64,000 nucleotides of DNA from a bacterium (GTDB lineage: Bacteria; Krumholzibacteriota; Krumholzibacteriia; Krumholzibacteriales; Krumholzibacteriaceae). Below are positions 19,568-29,200 of this stretch, in pieces. The notes beneath the pieces are model-generated. The model saw only the letters and a program-made list of their open reading frames with translations. It was not told the DNA's origin and searched no databases. The position numbers and the translations under genes were made by a program. The stretch lies in assembly GCA_020350885.1 (NCBI GenBank), contig CP070727.1, positions 2,037,163 to 2,101,162 on the forward strand, given 5' to 3'. How positions within the stretch are numbered: the stretch's first letter is position 1; each line of letters begins with the position of its first letter.

Positions 19568-20506
19568 ATGTTCATCGACAGATTCGTACGATTTATTCCT
19601 AAGAGTGGATTCAAGAAGGCGCTCGGCTTCTTCAACAAAGGTGAATACAGAAAGGCATGCAAGGAGTTCGAAGCGTACCTCTCGAAGAGCCCTTCCTGTA
19701 TGAAGGGACAGGAACAGGAAATGGTACGGATGTACATTGTCGAGTCATATGTCGAATACTCCAAGGAGCTCATATCGAAGGAAAAGTACGAAGAGGCAGC
19801 AGCATACCTGGAGAAGGCGATAGAGCTGCAACCAGGGTACGCTGACGTTCATTTCGCACTGGGGGACCTGCGCGAAAAAATGGGTAAACGGGAGCAGGCG
19901 CGGGAATCCTTCATGAAGGCGCTCGAGATCAATCCGAATTATTTCAGGGCCCACGTTATGATCGCACGAAGCTATAGCATCGACAATAACGACGAGCGGG
20001 CGATCAAGGAGCTCGAGTCCTGCCTCTCCTCAGCGCCGACATTCTATCTCGAACAAGTCCATAAGCTCATCGAACTTATCCGGAGCAGCGCAGCGGAGAA
20101 TGAACGAGAGGAGATCTTCAGGTTCCTGCTTGAGGAGAAACCGTCGTCATCCCAGGTGAGCAAACAGATCGCCCTCGAGGCTATCCAGAACGGGGACTAC
20201 GACTATGCTCTGGTAGAATTGAAGAAGGCGATTTCAATGCATCCGAATTATCCGGATCTACACAACCTTCTCGGTATCGCCTATGCCAACAAGGGTATGA
20301 CCGACGACGCCCTGATGGAATTCGAAACGGCACTCAAGCTTCACCCGAATTACCTGAAGGCCCGTTTGAACATCGCACTGACACTCTATGAGAAAGGAGC
20401 CCTGGATCAGTCGATGGATCAGCTGAAACAGGTGCTCAAACTGGACCCTGAAAACGAGCTGGCACGCAATCTGATGAACGAGCTGCAACCAATTCTCGAA
20501 AAATAG
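19568..20506 (+). CDS. Cytoplasmic TPR-repeat protein
   Basis: Multiple TPR motifs (AAAYLEKAIELQPGYADVHFALGDL, ALEINPNYFRAHV, ISMHPNYPDLHNLLGIAYANKGM, ALKLHPNYLKARLN). No signal peptide. Confidence 0.6.
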   Translation: MFIDRFVRFIPKSGFKKALGFFNKGEYRKACKEFEAYLSKSPSCMKGQEQEMVRMYIVESYVEYSKELISKEKYEEAAAYLEKAIELQPGYADVHFALGDLREKMGKREQARESFMKALEINPNYFRAHVMIARSYSIDNNDERAIKELESCLSSAPTFYLEQVHKLIELIRSSAAENEREEIFRFLLEEKPSSSQVSKQIALEAIQNGDYDYALVELKKAISMHPNYPDLHNLLGIAYANKGMTDDALMEFETALKLHPNYLKARLNIALTLYEKGALDQSMDQLKQVLKLDPENELARNLMNELQPILEK

Positions 20507-20516
20507 GCAGGAAAAC

Positions 20517-21200
20517 GTGAAGACGGATTACTATTCGATACTCGAAGCTTGGCCGACGTCCTCGACTGAAGAGATCAAGAAGAACTACTTCAGACTCGCC
20601 AAGCTGTATCACCCGGATGTTGCAGGGGACACGCCGGAGAACCGCGAGCGGTTCAAGCTCATCAACGAGGCGTTCAGCATCCTCAGTAATCCCCAGAACC
20701 GGCAGGTGTACGACGAATCCCTGAGAAAGAGTAAAAATGGCTCCAAGGGTGCCGTCGCCCTCCAGGAGAAGGACAGGCGCTCTGCATCCCTGGCGTTCTC
20801 ACAGGCGAAGGAAGCCATGCGGACCGGGAGGTACGACAAAGCGGCCCTGTTGCTTAATTCGGCAGTCAAGTACGATGGCAGCAATCCCGCCTACCATAGC
20901 TGGTACGGCTTCTGTCTGGCCATGCTGAACACGAAGCTCCATGAAGCGAGGGACGCGTGCAAGAAAGCGGTGCAAATGGAGTTCTACAATGCCGACTACC
21001 ACGCCAATCTCGGATTCGTCTACTTCAAGGCGGGCTTGAAGAATCTCGCGGTAAAGCACTTCACCAGCGCCCTCAAGTGGGATCCGGATAATTCGATTGC
21101 CAAGAAGTTCATTCAGCTTTCCGGTGTCGAGCACGTCAGAGAGGTAGGCCCGATAGATAAAATCGTTTCCGGTGTCAAGAAGTTCTTCGTCAATATCTGA
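20517..21200 (+). CDS. J-domain (DnaJ-like) protein with C-terminal TPR repeats
   Basis: N-terminal J domain with HPD motif (DYYSILEAWPTSSTEEIKKNYFRLAKLYHPDVAGD...FKLINEAFSILSNP). C-terminal TPR-like repeats (YHSWYGFCLAML, YHANLGFVYFKAGL). GTG start; no Gly/Phe or zinc-finger regions. Confidence 0.7.
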   Translation: MKTDYYSILEAWPTSSTEEIKKNYFRLAKLYHPDVAGDTPENRERFKLINEAFSILSNPQNRQVYDESLRKSKNGSKGAVALQEKDRRSASLAFSQAKEAMRTGRYDKAALLLNSAVKYDGSNPAYHSWYGFCLAMLNTKLHEARDACKKAVQMEFYNADYHANLGFVYFKAGLKNLAVKHFTSALKWDPDNSIAKKFIQLSGVEHVREVGPIDKIVSGVKKFFVNI

Positions 21201-21329
21201 CACCATCGAGATACACGGCCGGTGTAATTGCCCCACTATTCCATCCACCCGTTACCTACAACAACTTACGCTATTTATTATTGATTTTTTCTCCCCACCG
21301 CACTACCCTCCCATCGAGGGGTGATAACA

Positions 21330-23252
21330 ATGAAGAAAACAGCATTTGTATGTTACGGATCGGAAGGGGAGAAGGGATCCCTTGTCTATCACGAATTGCC
21401 GAGAAAGGATTTCGGCGAGGAGTTCTTTGTCTTCATGTCACCAGGGCGCCCTGAGCAGGAGCCGATACAGCGGATCCTGTACCGGCACGCCATATCGGCT
21501 TCAAGGCTCGGCCACCCTATCCATTTCTTTTCGAACTTCATAGATCATGTTAAAGAAACAGTACAACAGATTGATGATAAAGCAGATAAACTGATAGGTG
21601 TACTTGTTGTAATCATGATACGCCGGGGCCGTGAACTCTACCTCTTCCACACCAAGGACGCCGCCCTCCACCATTGGGACGCCGGGGCCGGAATCGAGGG
21701 TCCCCTCGGGGCCATCAAAGGTGTACGGGAGTTGCTACTCGTCAAACCAAAGGAGCAGGGCGACCTCTTCAGGCACGCGATCGAGGACGAATTTACCCTA
21801 CATTACCTTGTCGCACCGGAGGGGGAACACGCAATCGTCATTGCACCGTCTAAGGAATTCATCCAACGATATCACGGGGAACTCAAAAACAGCATCCTCT
21901 TTCCATCGTTTGAGGTTCCGTCGGGTCCTGGAATCGATCTGCATGTCGGCCGTTCCTTTCCCGTGCTGCACTGGAACACAAACGTTAAAACCGCAATCCC
22001 GGCCGTCAGGACAATCCGTGGACGACGGCTGCTGCGTATCCCGATACCGGCCTTCGTCGGCATCGTCACGGCTGTTGTAGCGGTCGTCTTGGTCTTCGGC
22101 CCCTTCAGGAAAGGACGGAACACCAAGGTCCCCGAGCAGCAAACACCGCTTCTGTCCGCGCAGGACGAGGGAAGCTCAACACCGGAGGTGACGGTGGATG
22201 AGGGGACCGGCACCGACGAGATACCGGTACCCGGCAGCGGGGAAACAGGCACAGCGGTAGATCCCACGGAGAAGCGTATACAACTCACCGAGGCGTGGAA
22301 AAAGAGCCTCACGGCGCCGGTAACGTCATCCCCTGCCTGTTATCGTGAATTGGTCTATTTCGGCTGCAGGGACAGCCATCTGTACGCCTTCACACCCGAC
22401 GGCCAGTTGAAGTGGAAGTACAAGTCGGGTGGTGGTATCGGTGCATCACCCTACTGCATGGACAACCGGGTGGTATGCGCGGATTACAAAGGAGACGTCT
22501 TCTGCCTCGATGCAGTCACCGGCCACAAGCTTTGGGTGTTCTCCGCCGGTTCGAAGATCGTGAGCTCGCCCCGTATCTACCGGAATCTCGTGATCGTCGG
22601 TACGATGGAAGGAAGGATCTTCGCCATCACGCTGAAAGACGGATCACTGCTGTGGAACCAGCGGATCGGGAATGCGATATGGGCAACCTCGTCGATCGGA
22701 ACGGACTATATCATCGCCGCCACCATGGACGGTTCGCTTATCCGGTTCGATCACGACGGAAACATCATCTGGAGGGTCAAACCGGGCGGCGGCATCCTGG
22801 CGAGCCCGCTGTGCCTCGACCGGGAAAACCTCGTCGTCTTCGGGACGAAGGACCGTTATATCTATGCCTACTCCCTCTCCAGGGGAGACCTGATGTGGCG
22901 GTTCGTAACACAGGGTGAGGTCAACGGCACACCGGTATCTGACGGCGAACGCATCCTCGTCGGTTCCGAAGACGGAAACCTCTACGCCTTGGCGAACACC
23001 GGCAGACTCCTCTGGAAACGGCACCTGGGCGGTGCCATTCTCTCGCGCCCTCTGGTGGTCGACGAGACGGTCTTTATCACCTCCTACGGTTCGCGCGTGG
23101 CCGCCCTCGAACGGAAGACCGGTGAGATCATCTCAGAGTATAAAACAACATCACCCGTGTACTCTTCCCCCGCACACGACGATGAACGCCTCTATTTCGG
23201 TTCGAACGGCAACATATTTTACGCCCTCAACCGGTTCAGTGACGGAACGTAG
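21330..23252 (+). CDS. Membrane protein: unknown N-terminal cytoplasmic domain, single TM, periplasmic PQQ-like beta-propeller
   Basis: About 235-aa N-terminal domain without a recognised motif, then a TM helix (IPIPAFVGIVTAVVAVVLVFGPF), then a linker. After the linker, 7-8 PQQ/BamB-like repeats (e.g. HLYAFTPDGQLKWKYKSGG, GDVFCLDAVTGHKLWVFSAG, GRIFAITLKDGSLLWNQ, NLYALANTGRLLWKRHLGG). ATG 21330 is preceded by gagggg. Confidence 0.6.
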   Translation: MKKTAFVCYGSEGEKGSLVYHELPRKDFGEEFFVFMSPGRPEQEPIQRILYRHAISASRLGHPIHFFSNFIDHVKETVQQIDDKADKLIGVLVVIMIRRGRELYLFHTKDAALHHWDAGAGIEGPLGAIKGVRELLLVKPKEQGDLFRHAIEDEFTLHYLVAPEGEHAIVIAPSKEFIQRYHGELKNSILFPSFEVPSGPGIDLHVGRSFPVLHWNTNVKTAIPAVRTIRGRRLLRIPIPAFVGIVTAVVAVVLVFGPFRKGRNTKVPEQQTPLLSAQDEGSSTPEVTVDEGTGTDEIPVPGSGETGTAVDPTEKRIQLTEAWKKSLTAPVTSSPACYRELVYFGCRDSHLYAFTPDGQLKWKYKSGGGIGASPYCMDNRVVCADYKGDVFCLDAVTGHKLWVFSAGSKIVSSPRIYRNLVIVGTMEGRIFAITLKDGSLLWNQRIGNAIWATSSIGTDYIIAATMDGSLIRFDHDGNIIWRVKPGGGILASPLCLDRENLVVFGTKDRYIYAYSLSRGDLMWRFVTQGEVNGTPVSDGERILVGSEDGNLYALANTGRLLWKRHLGGAILSRPLVVDETVFITSYGSRVAALERKTGEIISEYKTTSPVYSSPAHDDERLYFGSNGNIFYALNRFSDGT

Positions 23253-23417
23253 GCGTTGACAGGCGGTCTATTGTGAATACCGCGGAGGCTCTCGGGAGAT
23301 GCCCGAAATGTTCGGCGGACCGATCCACCGGCATGTTCGATATCCCTGCACACACCACACAATCTTGCAACAGCATAGAAATTTTGTTATGTTTCAATCG
23401 GACTGGAGGTTCCGATT

Positions 23418-26400
23418 GTGGTTAAAGGATTGATTCACAAGCTGTTTGGCGATCGTAAGACGAGACTGGTCAATCGCCTGGCAGCGATGATCGAACGTGT
23501 CAAGGAAAACGCCGACGCCTATCAAGACCTGGACGATGCTGATTTCCCGAAGAAGACCGCGGAATTCATCGATCGGTTACAGAACGGCGAGACGACCGAC
23601 GACATCCTTCCGGAAGCGTACGGCCTAGTCCATGAGACATGCCGACGCCTCGTGGGAAGATCCTTTACAGTCGTCGGGCACGAAATGATCTGGGATATGG
23701 TGCCGTTCGATGTACAAATCGCCGGCGCAATCGTTCTCCATGAGGGAACGATATCGGAGATGGCCACGGGGGAGGGAAAGACCCTCGCGGCAACCATGCC
23801 GCTCTACCTCAATGCCCTCGAGGGGAAGGGCGCCCATCTGGTGACGGTGAACGATTACCTGGCCAGGCGTGACGCCGAATGGATGGGAGAGATCTACCGT
23901 TTCCTCGGCCTCAACGTCGGATTCCTCCAGAACGACATGGGTCCGGACCAGCGTAAAGAAATCTACGCCTGTGATATCACCTACGGCACAAACAACGAAT
24001 TCGGTTTTGATTATCTGCGCGACAACATGAAACTGAGCGGTGAGCACCAGGTGCAGCGCGGTCACCACTATGCAATCGTCGATGAGGTCGACAGCGTCCT
24101 TGTCGACGAAGCGAGAACCCCCCTGATCATCTCGGGCCCGGTGTCGGGATCGTCGCAGACCGACAACTTCGCATACCTGCGGAACAAGGTCGAGGGTCTC
24201 GTGAAAAAACAAAAGCGGATGATAAACGACCTCATGACCAAGGTGGAGCGGGATGAGAAGAACGAGGAGGGGGATGGGGACGACGATATCGGTGTGAAAC
24301 TCCTGCTGGCAAACAGGGGGGATCCAAAGAACAACCGGTTCATGAAGTTGCGGAAGAAACCGGGATTCGAAAAGCTCATGCTCCGCTGCGAGGCCGACTT
24401 CATGCGTGAAAAACGCCTGCACGAACTCGACGAGGAGCTCTACTTCGTCGTCGATGAGAAAGCAAATACGATCGATATCACCGAGAAGGGGCGCCAGAAC
24501 CTCTCTCCGGAGGACCAGGAACTCTTCGTGCTTCCGGATCTCAGCCTGCAGGTCAAACAGATCGAGTCCGATAACTCCCTCGATCTCAAGGAGAAGATCC
24601 GAAAAAAAGATACGGCATACAGGCGGTACGCCGAAAAGAGCGATGTGATTCACAATTTCTCGCAACTCCTCAAAGCGTACACCCTCTTCGAGAAGGATGT
24701 CGATTACGTCGTACAGGACGATCGTGTAATCATCGTTGACGAATTCACGGGACGGCTCATGCCGGGCAGGCGCTTCAGCGAAGGCCTGCACCAGGCGCTC
24801 GAGGCAAAGGAACGCGTGAAGATCGAGGGAGAGACACAAACACTGGCGACGATCACACTTCAGAATTACTTCCGGATGTATAAAAAACTGGCCGGGATGA
24901 CGGGAACCGCGGAGACGGAGGAAGAGGAGTTTCACAAAATCTACAAGCTCCACGTCAACGTGGTACCCACAAACAAACCGGTACGGCGCATCGATTACGA
25001 TGATCTCATATTCCGTACGAAACGCGAAAAGTACAGCGCCATCATCGGGGAGATCAAGCGCCTGCACGATAATGGTCTGCCGATCCTCGTTGGGACGGTC
25101 TCTGTGGAAGTGTCGGAGACGCTCAGTAGGATGCTCAAGCGCGAAGGTATCAATCATAATGTCCTGAATGCAAAGCAGCACCAACGCGAGGCTGAGATCG
25201 TGGCGTACGCGGGGCAGCCCGGCGCCGTGACGATAGCAACCAACATGGCCGGACGCGGTACCGACATCAAACTCGGCAAAGGGGTGGTGAAGTGCGAACG
25301 GTGCTGCATCTTTTGCGAAACGCCCGATGCATGTGACAACTGCCCCAACGATCGAAAGAGGACCGATTGCATGGATGATGTACCGTGCGGCCTGCACATA
25401 GTCGGTACCGAACGGCACGAAAGCCGTCGCATCGACCGCCAGCTGCGGGGCCGTGCCGGTCGGCAGGGGGACCCCGGGGCCTCCCGGTTCTTCATCTCTC
25501 TCGAAGACGATCTGATGCGCCTCTTCGGTTCAGAACGGATTTCGGGCGTCATGGACAGACTCGGTGTCGAGCAGGGGGAGGTTATCACACACACGTTCAT
25601 AACCAGGGCGATTGAGAAGGCCCAGAAACGCGTCGAGATGTACAACTTCGGCATTCGGAAGAGACTGCTCGAATACGACGACGTGATGAATAAACAGCGG
25701 GAAGTCATATACGGAAGACGCAACGAGATCCTCGGAAGCACGAACCTCGACGAGACCATAACCGGTCTCATCGAAAACGTCGTCGAAGCGGTGACCGAAC
25801 GATATCTCTCGTTGGATATTCCGCCGGAGGAGTGGGATCTCGAGGCCGCCTCGGGAGAGCTCGAGAGCATCTTTCTCGTGCCTTTTGATCCGAGCGGGCT
25901 CGGCGGCGATGAACGGATGGATCCCGATGCTGTCTCCACGTTGTTCAGACAGTGCGCCCATGATGCCTTCGAGCTCCGCAAATCCACCATACCGCCCGAG
26001 ATCATGAGGCAGCTCGAGATGATGATCATGCTCCAGAGCATCGATGAAAAGTGGATGGATCACCTCTATGAACTGGACTACCTCAGGGAGGGTATCTACC
26101 TGCGGTCCTATGCACAGAAGGATCCACTGGTCGAATACAAACAAGAGGCCTTCCGGCTCTTTTCCGAGATGATCGATGACATCGACCGGTCGATCCTCTG
26201 GGGACTTTTCCACGCACGCCTCGACATCGAGGACCGGGAGGCAAGAAAACGCAAGGCCGAAAAAGGTGTGGCGGTCCACCAGGTCGCAAGCGCATACCAC
26301 GGTGCCGGGCCGCAACCGGCTCCGGCAGCAGCGTCTTCTGCGCCACAGGCGGTCCAGGCCCGGGCTCCCGGCCCGAAACCACCCGCCAGGGCGCGGCAGA

Positions 26401-26492
26401 TCCGCTCGACTCCTAAGGTGGGGAGAAACGATCCATGCCCATGCGGGAGCGGTAAAAAATATAAAAAATGTTGCGGAAAGAATATCGGCTGA
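23418..26492 (+). CDS. secA: Preprotein translocase ATPase SecA
   Basis: DEAD motor motifs ([56 protein letters not shown]). C-terminal zinc finger [17 protein letters not shown] start. Confidence 0.95.
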   Translation: MVKGLIHKLFGDRKTRLVNRLAAMIERVKENADAYQDLDDADFPKKTAEFIDRLQNGETTDDILPEAYGLVHETCRRLVGRSFTVVGHEMIWDMVPFDVQIAGAIVLHEGTISEMATGEGKTLAATMPLYLNALEGKGAHLVTVNDYLARRDAEWMGEIYRFLGLNVGFLQNDMGPDQRKEIYACDITYGTNNEFGFDYLRDNMKLSGEHQVQRGHHYAIVDEVDSVLVDEARTPLIISGPVSGSSQTDNFAYLRNKVEGLVKKQKRMINDLMTKVERDEKNEEGDGDDDIGVKLLLANRGDPKNNRFMKLRKKPGFEKLMLRCEADFMREKRLHELDEELYFVVDEKANTIDITEKGRQNLSPEDQELFVLPDLSLQVKQIESDNSLDLKEKIRKKDTAYRRYAEKSDVIHNFSQLLKAYTLFEKDVDYVVQDDRVIIVDEFTGRLMPGRRFSEGLHQALEAKERVKIEGETQTLATITLQNYFRMYKKLAGMTGTAETEEEEFHKIYKLHVNVVPTNKPVRRIDYDDLIFRTKREKYSAIIGEIKRLHDNGLPILVGTVSVEVSETLSRMLKREGINHNVLNAKQHQREAEIVAYAGQPGAVTIATNMAGRGTDIKLGKGVVKCERCCIFCETPDACDNCPNDRKRTDCMDDVPCGLHIVGTERHESRRIDRQLRGRAGRQGDPGASRFFISLEDDLMRLFGSERISGVMDRLGVEQGEVITHTFITRAIEKAQKRVEMYNFGIRKRLLEYDDVMNKQREVIYGRRNEILGSTNLDETITGLIENVVEAVTERYLSLDIPPEEWDLEAASGELESIFLVPFDPSGLGGDERMDPDAVSTLFRQCAHDAFELRKSTIPPEIMRQLEMMIMLQSIDEKWMDHLYELDYLREGIYLRSYAQKDPLVEYKQEAFRLFSEMIDDIDRSILWGLFHARLDIEDREARKRKAEKGVAVHQVASAYHGAGPQPAPAAASSAPQAVQARAPGPKPPARARQIRSTPKVGRNDPCPCGSGKKYKKCCGKNIG

Positions 26493-26543
26493 GCATTATA
26501 GATGTAACCGTTCAACGAAAACGCATGTCGGAAGTAGCGAGAG

Positions 26544-26990
26544 TTGGTATTGACAGATCGAATAAAGGAAATCATCGCCATACTGATGGACCCGGAATCG
26601 GGTGCGCTCAGGGATCCGGCCACCCTGTACGGTGAACTCGAAGACATGGGGTACACCCATGAAGAGATTAACCGGGCGCTGGATATGCTTGATTTCGATT
26701 CGTCCCCGGAAGATCATACATCCGACAGCTTGAACCGCGCCCGGAACAGGATTCTCGGTGAATTGGAAAAAAGTCTGCTGTCGATCCCGGCACAGGGCTA
26801 TCTGCTTTCGATGCTTCGTATGGGATACATCTCCGAAACACAACTCAGCGTAATCCTGGACAACGCCTCCCTCGAATATTCGCCCCCGCTCTCGCTGTTC
26901 GAAATCAAGGAAATCGCCAGCCGGTACATCCCAGATTTGCCCGAATACGATCCATCACACTCGACCCGAAGAAGCGGACCCTTGCATTGA
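26544..26990 (+). CDS. smg: Smg-like protein (DUF494)
   Basis: About 148 aa. ELEDMGYTHEEINRALDMLDF resembles the Smg core. Sits immediately upstream of topA, as smg does in enterobacteria. Start codon uncertain (TTG/GTG). Confidence 0.45.
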   Translation: MVLTDRIKEIIAILMDPESGALRDPATLYGELEDMGYTHEEINRALDMLDFDSSPEDHTSDSLNRARNRILGELEKSLLSIPAQGYLLSMLRMGYISETQLSVILDNASLEYSPPLSLFEIKEIASRYIPDLPEYDPSHSTRRSGPLH

Positions 26991-29200
26991 GGAAGGATGC
27001 CCGATTGGAACAGGTTCTCGTCGTAGTAGAGTCACCTGCCAAGGCACGTACAATCAAAAAGTACCTTGGTGACGGATACAAGGTCAAAGCCTCGATCGGC
27101 CATATCCGGGATCTTCCGAAACGGGAACTCGGCATCGACGTCGAGCACGGATTTACCCCGACGTTCGTTACCATCCGGGGAAAGAGCAAGGTCATAAACG
27201 ACCTGCGCAAAGAGGTGAAACGGAGCTCGGAGATCCTGTTGGCCACGGACATGGACAGGGAGGGCGAGGCCATCGCCTGGCATCTCCAGGAGGTCTTCGA
27301 CGAGGCGTCTCCTCCGATCAAGCGGATCATCTTCAATGAAATCACGAAGAAAGCACTACAGGAGGCAATAGCCCATCCCCTGGACATCGATATGAACAAG
27401 GTGAATGCGCAGCTCGCCCGCCGCGTGCTGGACCGGCTCGTCGGCTACAAGGTGAGCCCGGTCCTGTGGAAGATATTCTACAAGGGATTGAGTGCAGGAC
27501 GTGTGCAGAGTGTCGGCCTCAGGCTTGTCAACGAGCGGGAAGAGGAAATACGGAGCTTCGTTCCAAAGGAATACTGGACCATCGAGGGACGGCTGGCGAA
27601 AGAGAAAGGCGAGGAATTCGAGGCCAGGCTCTTCAAAGTCGACGACCGGAAGCCCGACATCGCAACGGAAGCCGAGGCAAAGCAGCTGCTCGCCGAGATA
27701 CGCAAGGCGCCCCTCGCCGTCGATGCGGTCCGGCACAAGGATAAGAAACGGAATCCCCAGCCCCCGTTCATCACGAGCACGATGCAGCGGGATGCCGCAA
27801 GCCGCCTCGGTTTCTCCGCCAAGAAGACAATGGTGATCGCCCAGCAGCTCTACGAAGGCGTCGTACTCGGCGACGAAGGATCGGTGGGGCTCATCAGCTA
27901 CATGCGAACGGACTCGACCAGGGTGAGTGATGAAGCATACCGGCAGGGATGCTCCTATATTGAGACCCATTACGGCAAGGAGACATGCTTCAAGGGAAAA
28001 CGGAGCTTCAAGAAGGCAAAATCGTCGCAGGACGCACACGAAGCGATCCGTCCGACCGACTGCCACCGGGAGCCTTCTTCGATCCGCCGGTTCCTCAACA
28101 AGGATCAACTCGCGCTCTACGAGCTCGTATGGCGGCGTTTTCTCGCTTCACTCGCCGCACCGGCCGTGTACGAGACGAAGGAGGTCGATATCTCGGCCGG
28201 CACCCGTTTCCTGTTACGGGCGGGCGGGAGAAAAATCAAGTTCGCCGGATTTCTGCAAATCCTTCCCGACAAGAAATCCGAGAAGGAGGTTTGGCTTCCG
28301 GAACTCGAAAAGGGGGACCCGTTGTCCATCATACACATCGACTCATCACAGCACTTCACGGAACCGCCACCGCGCTATACGGAAGCATCACTTATCAAGG
28401 AGCTCGAGGATAAGGGAATCGGTCGGCCCAGCACGTACGCCAATATCATCTCGATCATCCAGACCCGCGACTATGTCAAGAAGGAGAGAGGTACGCTCTA
28501 CCCGACCGAGCTCGGTGAGAAGGTATGGAACACGCTGGCGCAGCTCTTCAGGGATATCTTCGAGATAGACTTCACCGTCAGGATGGAGAGTGAGCTCGAC
28601 AAGGTGGAGGAGGCACAGGAGGACTGGCGCGACGTCGTTACATTTTTCTACAAGCCCCTCATGGCCGACCTTGAACAGATCAAGGGCAAGCACACCCGCT
28701 TCAAACAGCTCATCCAGGAGGAAACGGAGGAGATCTGCGAGAACTGCGGTAAAAAACTCGTGAAGAAATGGAGCAGGAACGGCCCTTTCCTCGCCTGTCC
28801 AGGATTTCCGGAATGTCGTTACACCCGCTCCCTCGAGGGCGACGATCAGATCGACCGCCAATGCCCGCAGTGTGGAGGCCGCCTCACATACCGGCGGGGC
28901 CGATTCGGTCGGTTCATCGCATGCCAGAACTACCCGACCTGCAAGTTCACCGAAACCGTGACACTCGGTGTCCCGTGTCCCGTCGAGGGGTGCGACGGGG
29001 AAATCATCGAGCGGAGAACCAAACGGGGGAAGATCTTTTACGGGTGCAGCAGATACCCGAAGTGCAGCTATGCAAGCTGGGATAAACCGACCTCCCAGCG
29101 TTGCCCGGAATGCGGAACAACCTATCTGGTAGAGAAAGAATCCAAAAAGAAGGGGCATTACCTCAAATGCACGCACTGTAAGTTCGAGGTTACCCTTTGA
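26987..29200 (+). CDS. topA: DNA topoisomerase I with C-terminal zinc-ribbon repeats
   Basis: TOPRIM N-terminus (LVVVESPAKARTIKKYLGDGYKVKASIGHIRDLP). Catalytic-Tyr region (GLISYMRTDSTRVSD). Four Cx2C...Cx2C zinc ribbons at the C-terminus. Confidence 0.95.
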   Translation: MRKDARLEQVLVVVESPAKARTIKKYLGDGYKVKASIGHIRDLPKRELGIDVEHGFTPTFVTIRGKSKVINDLRKEVKRSSEILLATDMDREGEAIAWHLQEVFDEASPPIKRIIFNEITKKALQEAIAHPLDIDMNKVNAQLARRVLDRLVGYKVSPVLWKIFYKGLSAGRVQSVGLRLVNEREEEIRSFVPKEYWTIEGRLAKEKGEEFEARLFKVDDRKPDIATEAEAKQLLAEIRKAPLAVDAVRHKDKKRNPQPPFITSTMQRDAASRLGFSAKKTMVIAQQLYEGVVLGDEGSVGLISYMRTDSTRVSDEAYRQGCSYIETHYGKETCFKGKRSFKKAKSSQDAHEAIRPTDCHREPSSIRRFLNKDQLALYELVWRRFLASLAAPAVYETKEVDISAGTRFLLRAGGRKIKFAGFLQILPDKKSEKEVWLPELEKGDPLSIIHIDSSQHFTEPPPRYTEASLIKELEDKGIGRPSTYANIISIIQTRDYVKKERGTLYPTELGEKVWNTLAQLFRDIFEIDFTVRMESELDKVEEAQEDWRDVVTFFYKPLMADLEQIKGKHTRFKQLIQEETEEICENCGKKLVKKWSRNGPFLACPGFPECRYTRSLEGDDQIDRQCPQCGGRLTYRRGRFGRFIACQNYPTCKFTETVTLGVPCPVEGCDGEIIERRTKRGKIFYGCSRYPKCSYASWDKPTSQRCPECGTTYLVEKESKKKGHYLKCTHCKFEVTL

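Noticed and set aside
23625-25418. 597-aa ORF on the minus strand inside secA, plus similar long antisense ORFs at 41048..42403, 5576..6286, 6644..7273 and 27356..28108
   Set aside because: They lie entirely antisense to strongly conserved genes (secA, yitJ, mltD, topA). Their translations are low-complexity and Arg/Pro/Gly-rich, as expected for GC-rich antisense frames. No independent start or RBS signals.
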